This document shows positions 14,390 to 27,400 of a DNA stretch of 64,000 nucleotides, piece by piece. Source of the DNA: Bigelowiella natans CCMP2755 (taxonomy: Eukaryota > Protista > Cercozoa); contig ADNK01003061.1 in assembly GCA_000320545.1 (NCBI GenBank), forward strand, positions 58,951-122,950. Direction: 5' to 3'. How positions within the stretch are numbered: the first letter of the stretch is position 1; each line of letters starts with the position of its first letter. The notes below the pieces were generated by a model that worked only from the letters and a program-made list of their open reading frames with translations, was not told where the DNA came from and did not search any database. The position numbers and the translations under genes were made by a program.

Positions 14390-16383
14390 TAAGCTGATGA
14401 CATGGTTGTTGTTTGTGTTGTTATCTACCACATCAGCGAACGAAATGTTTAGCACGATGGATGAAGGTAATAATGGGTGACGATCAACACACATCACCAT
14501 CTTCAGAAGAGAAATTCTATAAGTTGATGTTCAAATCATGATGGCACAGTGAGTTGTTGTTACTACTAATACTACTACTACTATTACTACTACTACTCAC
14601 TGTCTGCCTTCTGGTGCTTCAGCAGTATTTTCGTCATTCCCATCTCTCTCTCCTCTCTACTCTCTCTCCTCTCTCTCCTCTCTCCCACTGACTTTATTTA
14701 TCAGTACTATATATAATATATCATCCTCTTGATAGTAGCGAGATATGTATTAGTATATAAATATAAGAAGCCTATCGTGGTTGTTACATCCTTTAGATGG
14801 CAACAAGTACCTCGGCTTCGACGAGATTATTAAGGTTGTTTTCTCCAATCCAAACGCGTGTGTGTATTATTCTTATTCAAGTATAATAAATAAACAAATA
14901 CATACTACGAGTTGTTGATTACAAATAGTTTGGCACATATTATTGTGGTGTTAGTAAACAATGATTTATGCGTTTGTTTGTGTTGATTGTTCCAGGCACT
15001 GGACTTGAAGTTCAAAGGCGTGAAAGAGAGTGAAAGAGTGAATAAGCTTGGGGAGTTGGCTCAGAAGTGTCTAGCTAGTACAAGGAGATCCAAACAAACT
15101 GCAATTCGAGTAGTGCTACATTAGTATTAGTATTATTATTATTATTACGACAAATAAATTATAGTATATATCAATACAGCAGCAGCAGCAGCAGCACAAC
15201 CCCATATTATTATATCCCCTCTTCTTCTCTCTCTGATAGAAAAACCTAATTGTAGTATACCCTAATTGTTGTGACTAACATCTTTGGATCAATCGATATG
15301 TTTAAGTATATGTAATTTGTTCCGAGATATATGTTTTTCGTTCTTTCTTTTATTCGTTTATTCGTGGGTCCTTCTGTGTGGTTATCGTAAGAAGTATATC
15401 GTATCTTTCTTGGTTCCTTTTGTGTGGTGATACACTTCTTAAGTACGTCGTGTCTGTCTTAGCGGTTATGTATGTTGCTCTATAATGTTTGAGGTGGTGG
15501 TTGGTAACATCGTCACATATCAATAACACGTCGTATCCGTGACATTATCATCATCATCATCATCATCATTCTCAGACTCGACGCCCAGCTGATATGCTTG
15601 AAAGGTTGTGAAAAGATGGTGGTGATGATCATGATAATATAGTTTAAATGGTTTCTTGCTGCTGCTGCTCTGCTGCAATCTACTAGTTTCAACAGTTGTG
15701 CAATGATATTAAATTTATCGTAGTAGTATGGTTGGTTTGTGAGTTTGCCAGCAACAGCAGCAACAGCAACCTTTAATTGATGAATGCATTCGTATTCTTC
15801 TTCTCCGTCTTCCACTTCTTCTGCTTTCTCTCTTGATCGTTTGTTTTATCTGAATATCTTTCATTTGTTTCCAGGAAAGCTCGTAGTAGTAGTCCTTTGA
15901 AGCATCGTCAAACAAAACAGCTCAAGCCCATCGAGACCGGGGTGGTATATGATCATGCTTTTACTCACCATACAGCACCATACAGCACCATATCGTAGAC
16001 ATGCATCACAAACTCAACATCTTTCCTGTATATTATACTCACATGTATATTAATGTATATTCATCGTCGTTGTAAATCTTCAGCCTTCGGTTGCAGCAGC
16101 CACAGATTTGCTTAAGAAATACGCTGAGAAAACGGGTGGTTCTACTGATTTCGGAACAAAAAGGTAATGGTAGTAGGAGGAATCACTAAAATTGTTAATT
16201 TTGCATGAGAGAATATACCTAATGCCGTCACCCTGGCAACAACATTAGTCACGTCATAATATCACGTGGTTCCTCGTTTGCATTATTTGGAGAATTTAAT
16301 CCTTGATAATATATGGTTGTTGGTCTGTACTGTACCACGTTAGCATCTTGCAAAAGGTAGATCTTGGAGAACTGAAAGAGTAG
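11066..16383 (+). CDS. Multi-EF-hand calcium-binding protein
   Basis: EF loops are split by introns: FSKMDVNQD|GTISKQEF, FKKLDM|DNSGAIDVNEF, FNFLDSDQ.., DGNKYLGFDEI. The start is MAENPV at 11066. Phase-compatible terminal exons at ~15575, 15875, 16084 and 16343 end at TAG 16381-16383; an alternative stop is at 15124. Confidence 0.78.
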
Positions 16384-16689
16384 AATATCCAGCTAGGAGC
16401 GCTCTTAAGATGCTGCAATTATTATTGCTTCTTGATCGTTGCGATCAGAACGTGCTAGTACATTTGAGAAATGCCATGTAGCTCTTCGGTAGTAGTAGAA
16501 GTAGTAGTAGTAGTAGACAGTAAGTGTGTCAGCTTGTTGTAGGAGAGCAGGTAGTATGTCACATATTCTAGACAAGATCTTTGCATCATCATCATCATGT
16601 GCGAAAAAGTACATCTAGATATTTTCGAATAATTGTGTAACATTTGTAATATCAAGATTTATTTGAGCGACTGGGTGGTGGGTGTTTGG

Positions 16690-17560
16690 TGTCGGGCAAA
16701 GCTAGAATGCTATAGTGATTTGTGCGCAGCCAGTCGCAGCAAAAGGTCTGTCCAGAGGTGCGAGAATGAATGTTTCAAATTTGTTTGCGCGTAGCGCTTT
16801 ATAATCTTTGTCAAGTTGCGATGCGCTGTTCTAGCTGTTGCGCCCGCTCAATCTAGCATTCTAGCAATCCCCATTCTGGTCTCTGTAGACACACACGCTA
16901 GCACACGCATGGATAATCTAGCAACACACAGACGCAAGCTAGCTAGCTCTACAAGACTATCTAGACCATATTTCATTTAGCTGTAGAGCTGACCGACACT
17001 AGGACATGCTAGCATGTCAAGATGTCAGATGTCATCGCATCGTGCATGATGATGGTCACATCTATCGGCATCTAGACATGCTAGCTCTAGACATGCTAGC
17101 TAGCTAGCTTAGCAACATCTGAATCGAACATGCAAGCTAATGAGCAAATTAGGCACGCTAGCTAGCTAGCATGCGTGCACTGCTACCTTGCCAAGCCTGA
17201 AGCATTGCCACTCCAACTAGCCAATGCTGCGCTGTGAACAATGTGATGCACATAGAGCCAGCTTGCCAGGTTGCCGGACGGAGCGTGCAGCAAGCTGGCA
17301 AGCTAGCAACCTAGCTAGCAAGCAATGCATGACATCGCTGTGCCAGTCACGCTAGCACGCACTAGCGCAGGCCATCTAGCCATGCTAGCACTACTACGAT
17401 CTACACTAGAGCATGCTAGCATGCGAAGGCACATGTTTCTTATGCATCAAGACTCTCTGGCTCTCCTAGCTAGATAGTCTGAAACCTGCTAGCTGTGATC
17501 TGGCCAAACACAAGCAGTGCCGCAGTGCCATTTGTGTAGTTCAATTCAAAAAGACTGGTA
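16690..17560. other. TpA-depleted, strongly CTAG-enriched intergenic island
   Basis: About 33 CTAG by hand count in 16681-17520, often tandem (gctagctagctagc). Most remaining TpA are in CTA/TAG half-sites. It lies between two convergent genes. Confidence 0.85.
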
Positions 17561-17697
17561 AGAAGCGCTAATCTAAACAGGTTACATGCTACCTCCTTCA
17601 TAATTTTTAATATGATCTAGAAATATTACACATGCGTAGCACGTAATTATTTCCAACACTTGCATCCACAGCAACAGGCCTATCAGTCCTAGCAAAA

Positions 17698-18553
17698 CTA
17701 GTAGTAACAATTTTCGATATTATTCTGATCTGATCTGCTGCTACTGTTTGGTGCTGCTGTTGAGGTGCTGCTGTTGAGGTGCTGCTGTTGAGATGCTGCT
17801 GTTGCAGTTCCAAGTGGACCATTGTTACTTTTCTTGCTTCTCCTCCTACTTGTGCTAAGATCGAGAACACGTTGCGTCGTTGTGGAAGGCGAAGGAGATT
17901 GATGGGATTCGTCAATTTCTAAACGAGCGATATCGTAAAAGTAACGCTGCCTCTCCTTGTCTAGCTTTGCTCGCAAATGTGTGATATGCCGGTGATTAAT
18001 TCGATTCTGCTGATTTATCCACGCCAAAAATTGTCCGAAATTCTCCTCATCTGGAGGCGACATAGAAGTGGTCGTCGTTGACAACGATAATGGTGGCGAT
18101 GATGACAATGTTGCAGCTGTCCCGATGATCATCTTCTCGGAGGATGATGGAAGTTGCAGTGAATCAGAGGTTGTTGTTGTCGTAGATGTTGTCTTTGGGT
18201 ATGATAATAAAGCAGTGCCAGAGCGACTGTTATTGATATATGTTGCTGTTTCTCCCTCTCGTTTCTTCTTCCTTTCTCTCTCTCTACTGCTGCTGCTGCT
18301 GCTTTCTCCTCCTCCCCCATCTCTAGCATTATCATTATAATCGGTGCTAACAGTAGTATTAAACTTCTTTAAAGATAAGGATGATAATTTGGTCGCCGTT
18401 CCAACATGCGTGTTAGTAATAGTAGCTGTTCTTGGTTGTGGTGATATTGTAGAAGTAGTAGCAGATATAGCAGTATCGTCATTATTAGCTTTCGGACACC
18501 AAGAGAGAGCATGTTCGTGCATGGAAGAAACCAGCTGTAGTAGTATCATCAAT

Positions 18554-18585
<32 letters not shown>

Positions 18586-21500
18586 TACGACGTTGACGAA
18601 GACAAACAATAACGTAATGGGGTGGAATAAATCAGTGCTGCTGCTTTTCAAATATCAAAAATATATCGAGAATGAATCCTCATATGGTCGGAAACTTGAT
18701 ACATACGTGCAGTACCTTGCAGTATATCAACATGACATAAAATATAAAGTAACTTTTGCAGGATTTCTTCGTGTGTAGAGAGAAAGAAACGGAGAGAATA
18801 ACGAAAGTGTTTGAAACAACGTCGAATTTCGTATATCTACCTTCTCATTAAACTCATTTTGTTTTCCAAATGTAGTAGAGGATGATGATGAGAGTGACGA
18901 GAGCTCTGCGGCAGCATCAACTCGTGACAAAGGCGATTTAGAAGCTTGAAAACAACACACACGTAGTAGTAGTAGTAGTAGTAGTAGTAGTATTAACTCG
19001 TAAGATGTAGTAATCCGTGGAACATAGATAGATGAAAGAAGAAGTCTTCAATGGAGAACAATGCTACTTGTGTATACGATGTAGTGATATAGCAATAACA
19101 AGCAGATCCTGTTAACACGTTGTTGTTATCATCATCATCATCATCATCAACAACAACAACAACTGGTACCCCACCACCAATATATTGAGAAACATGCCGA
19201 CCAGCAACCAAATTTTATTTCATTATTTAATTTTTCTCTAATACATGATTTATAGCATTTAGATAACTGCATATAGCATATATATGACGTTGTGCCTTAT
19301 AGATTTGGTGACGATGAAGATAATGATGATGATTAACTGACTTTCCTTTATGATTACCTCTTCTTCTCTCAGCTGCTGCTATGGATGCTGTGGCCTTGGA
19401 AGATTCCTCCTTTAGTTTCTGCATGGCTAATTTAGCTACTTGATATTCCGCGCACGCTTCTAATGCAACCTGTGATGATGATGATGATGATGATGATGAC
19501 GATGACGACGATGAAGATAACGATGCAATATTAATACTAGGTGTGCAATATCGAGCACTCCATATTTCTCATTTTTATTCCGATCTCCTCTACCCCAATG
19601 ACGAAAAAACAAACATTATTACCATTTAAGATGTAAATATACAGATATATTACCTTCATTTGCTCCATTTCTTCTATATCCTCCTGCAGTTGTTCAATTC
19701 TCCATTGTGCAATTAGAGCTCTTTGGCCTACTACTATTCTATTCACCTGAAAAAGAATAATGAAATAGGAGGAAGACAGACATCAGGTAGTAGTAATCGA
19801 CAATGACTTATTAGTCGCATTCGCAGTCATAGAATAACAAAACAAACGATAAAACAGGGTGCTAATGATCATAGCCGCAATAGTATATAAAAAATGCACA
19901 CAATGAATTAAAATAACTCAACCTCTTACAACTATTTCTTCTTCTTTGGCATATTTAAACTAATATATTTTCTCACATTAGAAGATGGCTTTGTGATCAT
20001 CATTATTTTATCCTCCTTCCCCTCCTCCCCATTGATTGCATTTTGAAGTTGCTCGATTGTGTAAGGTGTCTTGCCAAAACTTATTGCTAGATTCTGAACA
20101 ATGAAAGACATTTTTTTATATTTAAACACACACCTGATCACTAATAATTAATGAAATCAAATATAGTGAAGAAGAAAAGTAAAAACGATGACCATAATAA
20201 GACGCGCGCGCGCGCACACACACACACGCATACGCATAGATAGACAGACATATTTGCGTATGAGAACGTAACTCACAATCAAGACGATGAAAACAGGAAC
20301 ATTCTTCTCACACTCGCTATTCTAGGGTTACCTTCATATCTTTATAGAAATGCTGTTTGATAAGCTTAATCTTCACACGCAAATGCTCGATTTCTTCGAT
20401 ATTAGATCTACGTTGATCATTTACCTGATGAGAAGGATGAGGAAGTCAAGCTAGAGCATAAGAAGATGCCCTGCTATCAATGCCTAGCTGCTGCTTCTCT
20501 CTCTCATCCATTTCTAGGGTAGAGTACTCGTAAGTCATGATAACAAAAAGAGCATGAAGGGGACAACTACTTGGACGATGACGATTATGCAGACAAATAT
20601 ATGGTAAGTTCTAAACAGACAAATATTTAGCCACTAGCTATTCTTGCTGTTGTAATGGTTGTTATTATTGTTATTATGATGTTTTTATGATAATAGTTAA
20701 CCCATGCCATGTAGGAGGTAAGATCGTCTACTTCGACCATGAACTTATCTACACTGAATAATGATGGGGATAAGGAGGAAGAGGAGGACTCCGTAGTTGC
20801 CGCCTCTCTTCTTCTTATTCGTCTTCCTCCTCTTCCTTCTCCTCCTGCATTGTCTTTCTCTCGTAGTAGTAGGCGCTGTTGGTACTTAACTAATTTACCA
20901 ACAGTTTCAGATCTCTCTTCGGCCTGATTGAAGGATGATGATACACAACAACATCATTATTATTGGCCTGATTGAGGGATGATAGGATGAGTGATGATGA
21001 CGATGATAAGATGATTACAAAGGGATTGTGATTAACTTATCGCATCATCAGCGACAACAACGGAGTAATATTACCTGTCTAATAAATTGATCATTGAGCT
21101 CTTTCATTTTCCTGATTTGCGATTGAAGCTCATCAATACGTGCAATAGTCACAGCCTTCTTCCTCCTCATCGCTGTCATATACCTTGTTGATGTTAATTT
21201 TATTATCAGTATTTTAGTTCATTTTATGAAATATACATCTTGATCTATGTATGATATACCTACAACCTACAACTTGTGGAAATAGGAAAAAGAGAAGGGT
21301 AGAGAAGTCATTTTATTTTTAATATAAATGATATTTCTTCTCCTGAAGATTACGCATAACGTACTCTGCAAGACGGGGATCAGAGGACGATGATGACGAT
21401 AATGATGACGACGATGATGATGACGGCAAGGATGGCTTGGAAAGTGCCCTTTTTGTTGTCGTTTTTCCCTCCTCCTGTTGCTGCCTCTTTCCCACTTTCC

Positions 21501-22611
21501 AAAGTGTACGCATATTTGCCATTACTAGACTAAAAATTCAAAGAAGCAGCAACCACACAGAACGACGAAGGAGGACCAAATAGAATGGCAAATAAAACAG
21601 AACATTATGAAGGCGTAATATGTATCCTGTTGCTACTGATTCTATTGTTATATCTTATGTTTCTGCTGCGGATGGATAAATGTACCAATGTAGTACAAAT
21701 ATTAATAACCTGTGGTGAGAGGCAGAAAAGGCTGCTCCCAATAGAGAGCGTCTAATCTTCTTTTCCATTCTCTTTTTGGTTTTCACCATCGTTGTCGCTG
21801 ATATTTTCCTTCTCGTCTTTATCTTCTTTTCCATCTTCAGCTTCTTCCTTTTATTCATTTTTTTGACCATCTTGGCAGCTGTCGATGCTACGGTTGAACT
21901 TGTCATATTTTCGTCGTCGTCTTCCTTGTGATGTGGCTCAGTGACGAGATGGTTATCATCAAAGGAGAAGTTTGTTTCCATTTCTGCACAGATTATTATC
22001 ACCAAAACAAGATATAGATTATTCAACGGTGCTCGTTGCTGCTCCAGAATTATCAACATTAAATAAATGATCTTTCGGTATGAGGATGATAGTAATAATC
22101 ATGAGTATGGTAGATCAATTACTATTAGCGTCATCCTTGTCATCATCTTCGCTGTCCTCATTAGCATCGGTGGCCGATAAATCGCCAACAAATCCATTTG
22201 TAATTCCATTGAGGGCCGTGGAGAAAACTTGCTGGATCTTTTGTTATCATGATCATCATGATCGTCATCTTTTCTTTTCGTTATCATTTGAACTCATCAT
22301 CATTCATTCATCCATTCAGGCTCTACTTATATAGTTATCACTTATATTATTCCTACTCTTACACCCTTGTAGTAATAACTAACCTACCTGCCAAACATTG
22401 AAGCAGGTCCGAGCAATGTTATTTTGCGTATTGAAAGGATCAATAACAACGAAGAGATGATTGGGAAACATGTGTCTGTATTTGGCCCCTTGGAAGGCAT
22501 AGTCTGGAGCATCCTCATTATTCGAAATCGATACAGCGTGTAATTGGGGATCAAATCTCCGCCCAAATGTGTCCAGAAACGTCACTAAAAGTCTTCCGAG
22601 CTGTAACAAAG

Positions 22612-22652
<41 letters not shown>

Positions 22653-24391
22653 TGTGTGTGCGTGTTTTGTGTGCGATAAAGAAAGAAAGACAAAGAGGGA
22701 AAGACATGATCATGGTGCGATAAAGAAAGAAAGACAAAGAGAGAAAGAGATGAACACGATTCGGTACTAATACTATCGTTGAAGTAGTGTAATGATGACT
22801 GAAGATGACCACAGCAGGAAAACTACTACTACCTTAGCATCTTGGGAGAAAAACCCTCGTTGCACATACGGCAATATATCATCCACTTGTTTTTGGTGAC
22901 TAGAACATGCTACTACTTCTTTAACATCATTTCCACCGCCTAATACGCTGTTCTTGGAATCCTCGAGCTCCTCTTCCTCCTCTATTTCTCCTCCTCCTCC
23001 TCCCCTTCCTCCTCCCCCTCCTCTTTCGTGCTTTCTTCCGCTTGTTCTAGCGAAGGCATTCATAATATGCGTTTGGAACATCTTATCGCGCTGCAAGATA
23101 CTGGTGAGGAGGAGAACAATGCCATAAGAAGAGAGGCCTCCTGTATACGGGTTATTGATTTTTTTCGTCGCTAAGAATTGCTTTAGTACCTGATTATAGT
23201 TAACCAAAATGTGTTACTAAAATTAAAATTATTGCGATTATTATCATATATCTCGGTAATTATTACAGCAAATACTACTACTACTACTACTACTACTACT
23301 AATAATAATAATAACAAGAATGCATATGGATGGACGAGTGAGTAACCAATGTTGTTGTTGCTATTGTTACACATACTGTCGCTAGTGGCTGCAAGAGCGG
23401 ATATTCGATGCAAAGACCCCGTACAAATGCACAGGTAGGAAGACCACGATGTAACGAAGACTCAAAGCTGAGATCCAAGGAAACTTGATGCATTCCACCT
23501 ACGCTTGCCTCTACTTTTATGATCGGCACCTTGAACAATAATAACCAACAACATCATAATATCAATGGAGGAAATAGTATTTGTAGTGGATCACCATTGT
23601 CGTACTTAGTATAGAAAGACATCAATACTACCATAAAACAGTATCGTGTTTAATACAGGTTTCCTATTTATATCTTCGGATATCTCTTTCTTCTTCTTTT
23701 CTGAAGAGGAATCATCATCACTGCCAATCCTTCGATTCGATTATGGTAATCGTCCCCTACATATTCTTCCTATCCATCCGTTAAATATCGATTCATTTAT
23801 TACTAACCGAAGCACTTGGTATTGTCTGCACCGATTTAACCCACTTCTGACGTTCAAGGTGCTTTGCCAAATGCTGAATCTTATTCGCCTTTTCACCGAA
23901 AACAGAAGAAGACGGAGGAGGAGGAAGGGTGATATGAATCGAATTAATCTACGTTTTGTCTCTGCACGTTTGCAAATTTAACAAGATTATCCTCCTCTGT
24001 CTCTGCTTATGACAGACAATATTGGCATAATGCTAATAGATTATGCTGATTTAGTTCTCCAATGGTGCTGGGGTGATATTACATATGGAGGAGGAGGAGG
24101 AGTACTACTATGTAAGACGACGGATTGTTGAATTGGATACAAACAGCACGTGCTACAAGTTCCTACTACCCAGTATACAATTACTACTACTACTATTACT
24201 ACTACCTGTACATGACGAATATTATCTTTTGGAACGACATCCGTGTCACAAATTACTAGATCAACGTCAGAGGTTGGTGTTAACAAGCCAGTAGCAAAAC
24301 TTCCATATGTTTCAGCACGTGCTGTTGGCCACAACTCCTTCAATGCCTTTTTGAATGCTAAGATGATCGCTGATGTTACTGGCCTATTGTC

Positions 24392-24434
<43 letters not shown>

Positions 24435-27400
24435 ATGATTTTACATCATAAGGTATAATAGTAAGCAATAGAGTAGACAAACGTAAATCATAATACATCA
24501 GAAGAGAATTAGAGAAAGGAAAGTAGGTAGTGGGAGTAGGGGAGGGGGAAGGGGGGGAGAGAAGGGCATATTAGTACCTCTGTTTTGCAGTTATAGCCTG
24601 AATTTCGTCCGCCATTTCCTGAATATCCCTTGACAATGAGCGGAACAGCGTGACATCGGCTCCACAGCTCTTTATAAGGCTGATGTAATACCCGAGACAA
24701 CGATTCATCGCATGTCGTAAACCTTTTGGGTACAACAAAACAAAACAAAATCAATCAATCAATCAACCAACCTGCGCGTAAGAAAGAACTATTTGGCGTA
24801 TCATCACCTGCTTAAAATCAGTGAATATATACGAGATATAATGGCACAAAAAAATTAATGATAATGCTGTCAATTCCGCTCTACGTGATCATCACTTCTT
24901 TATAAAGAAAGGTTCATCGTCCTTATTATTACTATCATCATTATCAGATTTGTTTTATATCATCATGGTTGTACGTGTTTCTTGGAGGTTGCTTCGGGTA
25001 GATACCTCCTCTGATAATTAGATAGTAATAATATCCATTGAGGATCAAAGGAGATTCACTATAACGAATGTTTATTCTTGCTGCTGCATGATGTTGTAGT
25101 ATATTCATATGCACTATACATGTTATTTAAATATTTATAATAAATATGTTAGTGTTGTGCCAGTAGTAATCTTGGTCTTGTATTTAGAATATGAGTATTC
25201 TTCTTCTTATTATTATTATTATTAGTATAGTAGTAAATTATAATAGAAAAAGTAAATAGAAGAGATGGAGGGAGAGATGATTTGGTGGCTTATTTTATTT
25301 ACCAGCAGTAGCAGTAATCGAAGTAGTAGAAGATAATCCATTCTGATTTTTATTCTTTTCGCCCTTTTCCCCCTCGGATATTATTACTCTGTTATGATCC
25401 TCTGCTGCTGCTGTTACTGCTGCATAGTTGTGCTTTCTCTCCGTCTCCTCCTCCTCTGTCGGCCCACTGCTGTTTCGAGTTCTCCCTCTCTCCGTCTCCT
25501 CCTCTGTTGGCCCACTGCTGTTTCGATTTCTCCCTCCACCACCATTTATAAGTAAACTATCTTCGTTTCCCTTGTTCTTTAAATCAGCATTGCAGCTTAC
25601 CGTATGCTGTTGATGCGAAAAAGGAAGAGATACAAATATCCGATGATTAGATGTTGTTGCTGTTGTTGCACTAGAGCCGGTATGATAACCATCTTCACAA
25701 GCATCACCCACATCATAAGCAGGAGGCCTTCTGACCAGGAGCTTCCTTTCTTCTACTTTCTTATTGCGACTAGTATTTGCCAAACTGGCAGTAGTAGAAG
25801 AAGAGGTGTAGGTAGTTGTTGCTAAAGAAGAAGAAGGATTAGAAGAGGTGCTAGTAGTTGTTGCTTTAGAAGAACGATAAGGAGGAAGTTGTGCCACTTC
25901 CATAGATGGAGTAGTGATAATGATGTTACCAGTCTTTGGACTAGCAGCTCCAGGATCATGAAGGCCATTTGTTTTATTCGTTTTATTCGTATTGGATAGT
26001 GTAATATTACCAGCAACGCTAGTACCACTAGCAGTAGTAGTAGGTGCAGGCATGGGAATGGTTTGTTGTCGTGAAATAATGGGGTCCGTACTCATAGGAA
26101 CGGTTTGTTGTCGTAAAATAATGGAGCTCGTAGCAGGACGATGACGATAATTATTTCTTCTTTCCACATTATTGTTTTCATCATATTCTTCTTGTTCCTG
26201 ATGTTGATTTTCCGCTTGTCGCTGCTGCTGCTTGAGTAGCAGCAGTGATACTTTCTGTGGTACTGCTGCTGCTGCTTCTGCTGTTTCACTTTCTACGACA
26301 ATAGGCCATTTTGTAGTAGTAGAAGTAGTAGTAGTAGCACAAGTGGTTGGAACCGATAAGGAGGAAGCTGCCTCATTATTCTTATAGTTTTTAGATGGTG
26401 ATGATGCTACAACGCCTTCTAATGATGATACTCCTGCTGCTGCTCCTGCTGATAATGTACGTGATGAGGAGGAAAACAATGTGGACTTAGCTGCTTGTGC
26501 TGCTGTCGCTTCGCAGTATCCTCTTCCTCCTCCTCCTCCTCCTCCCGTTCTTCCCAACTGAGTAATTTGTCTATTGGTAGTGTAGTAGTAATTTCTGCCT
26601 TTTTTAATGGAACTAGTAGCAAAATTGTTGTGGTTGTAATCCTGCTGCTGATGTTGATGGTCATGATGATACTGATTCTGACTATAATGATGATACTGTT
26701 GGGAGTGAAAATGCTGCCTCTTCTTCAGGGCATATTTCATTGATGGTGACTGTTCCTTTATAGTCATTCCACTCTTAACAGCTGCAACATCATCATGTGG
26801 AGTAATAGTATTAGTAGTAGTAGTTTTTAATGTAATCTTCGACGAAGAGGACGTGGGATGATGCTGTTTGTGCGGGTTTGCACAATAGGAATGAGCTCTT
26901 CGTGGGCAGTCCGCACTGATTAGTTATGATATTATGATATAACAAATTAATGATAATCATGATGGTGATGATGATGATGATGATGCATCGATGTAATGCA
27001 GATCCGCCATTTCCACATATATCTACTCCCCTTTTGTCCTTTTTCGTGTTACCCTCTTATTATTCATAATTTTAATATATTATCGACAGAGAAGACCTAC
27101 TGTTATTACCCAAAGCGGCAGTATAGTGTAACATCGGTATGCCGCCTCTTTGGCCTGGTTCTAATTGGTACTACTACTTCTCGTGTAGCGGTAGCATCAT
27201 CCAAAATACTAACCAGTTCACCTTCTTTTCCTCCTCTTACTTCCGCCATACTTTCGTACCCTTTGTCTTTACTCGTATTATTTGCTGCTACTTCTGATGC
27301 AACTACCCTGTGAGTGATACCACATTCATGTGGGGCATTTCGCTCAATGATTCTTTCCTCCTCCCCTTTGTTCGTAACTTGTGTAATATCTGATTGCAAA

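Noticed and set aside
6513-14480. Many short ORFs with CVCVCV, HTHTHT, YIYIYI, ERERER or poly-Y/V runs
   Set aside because: They are translations of intronic microsatellites or antisense frames of real exons.
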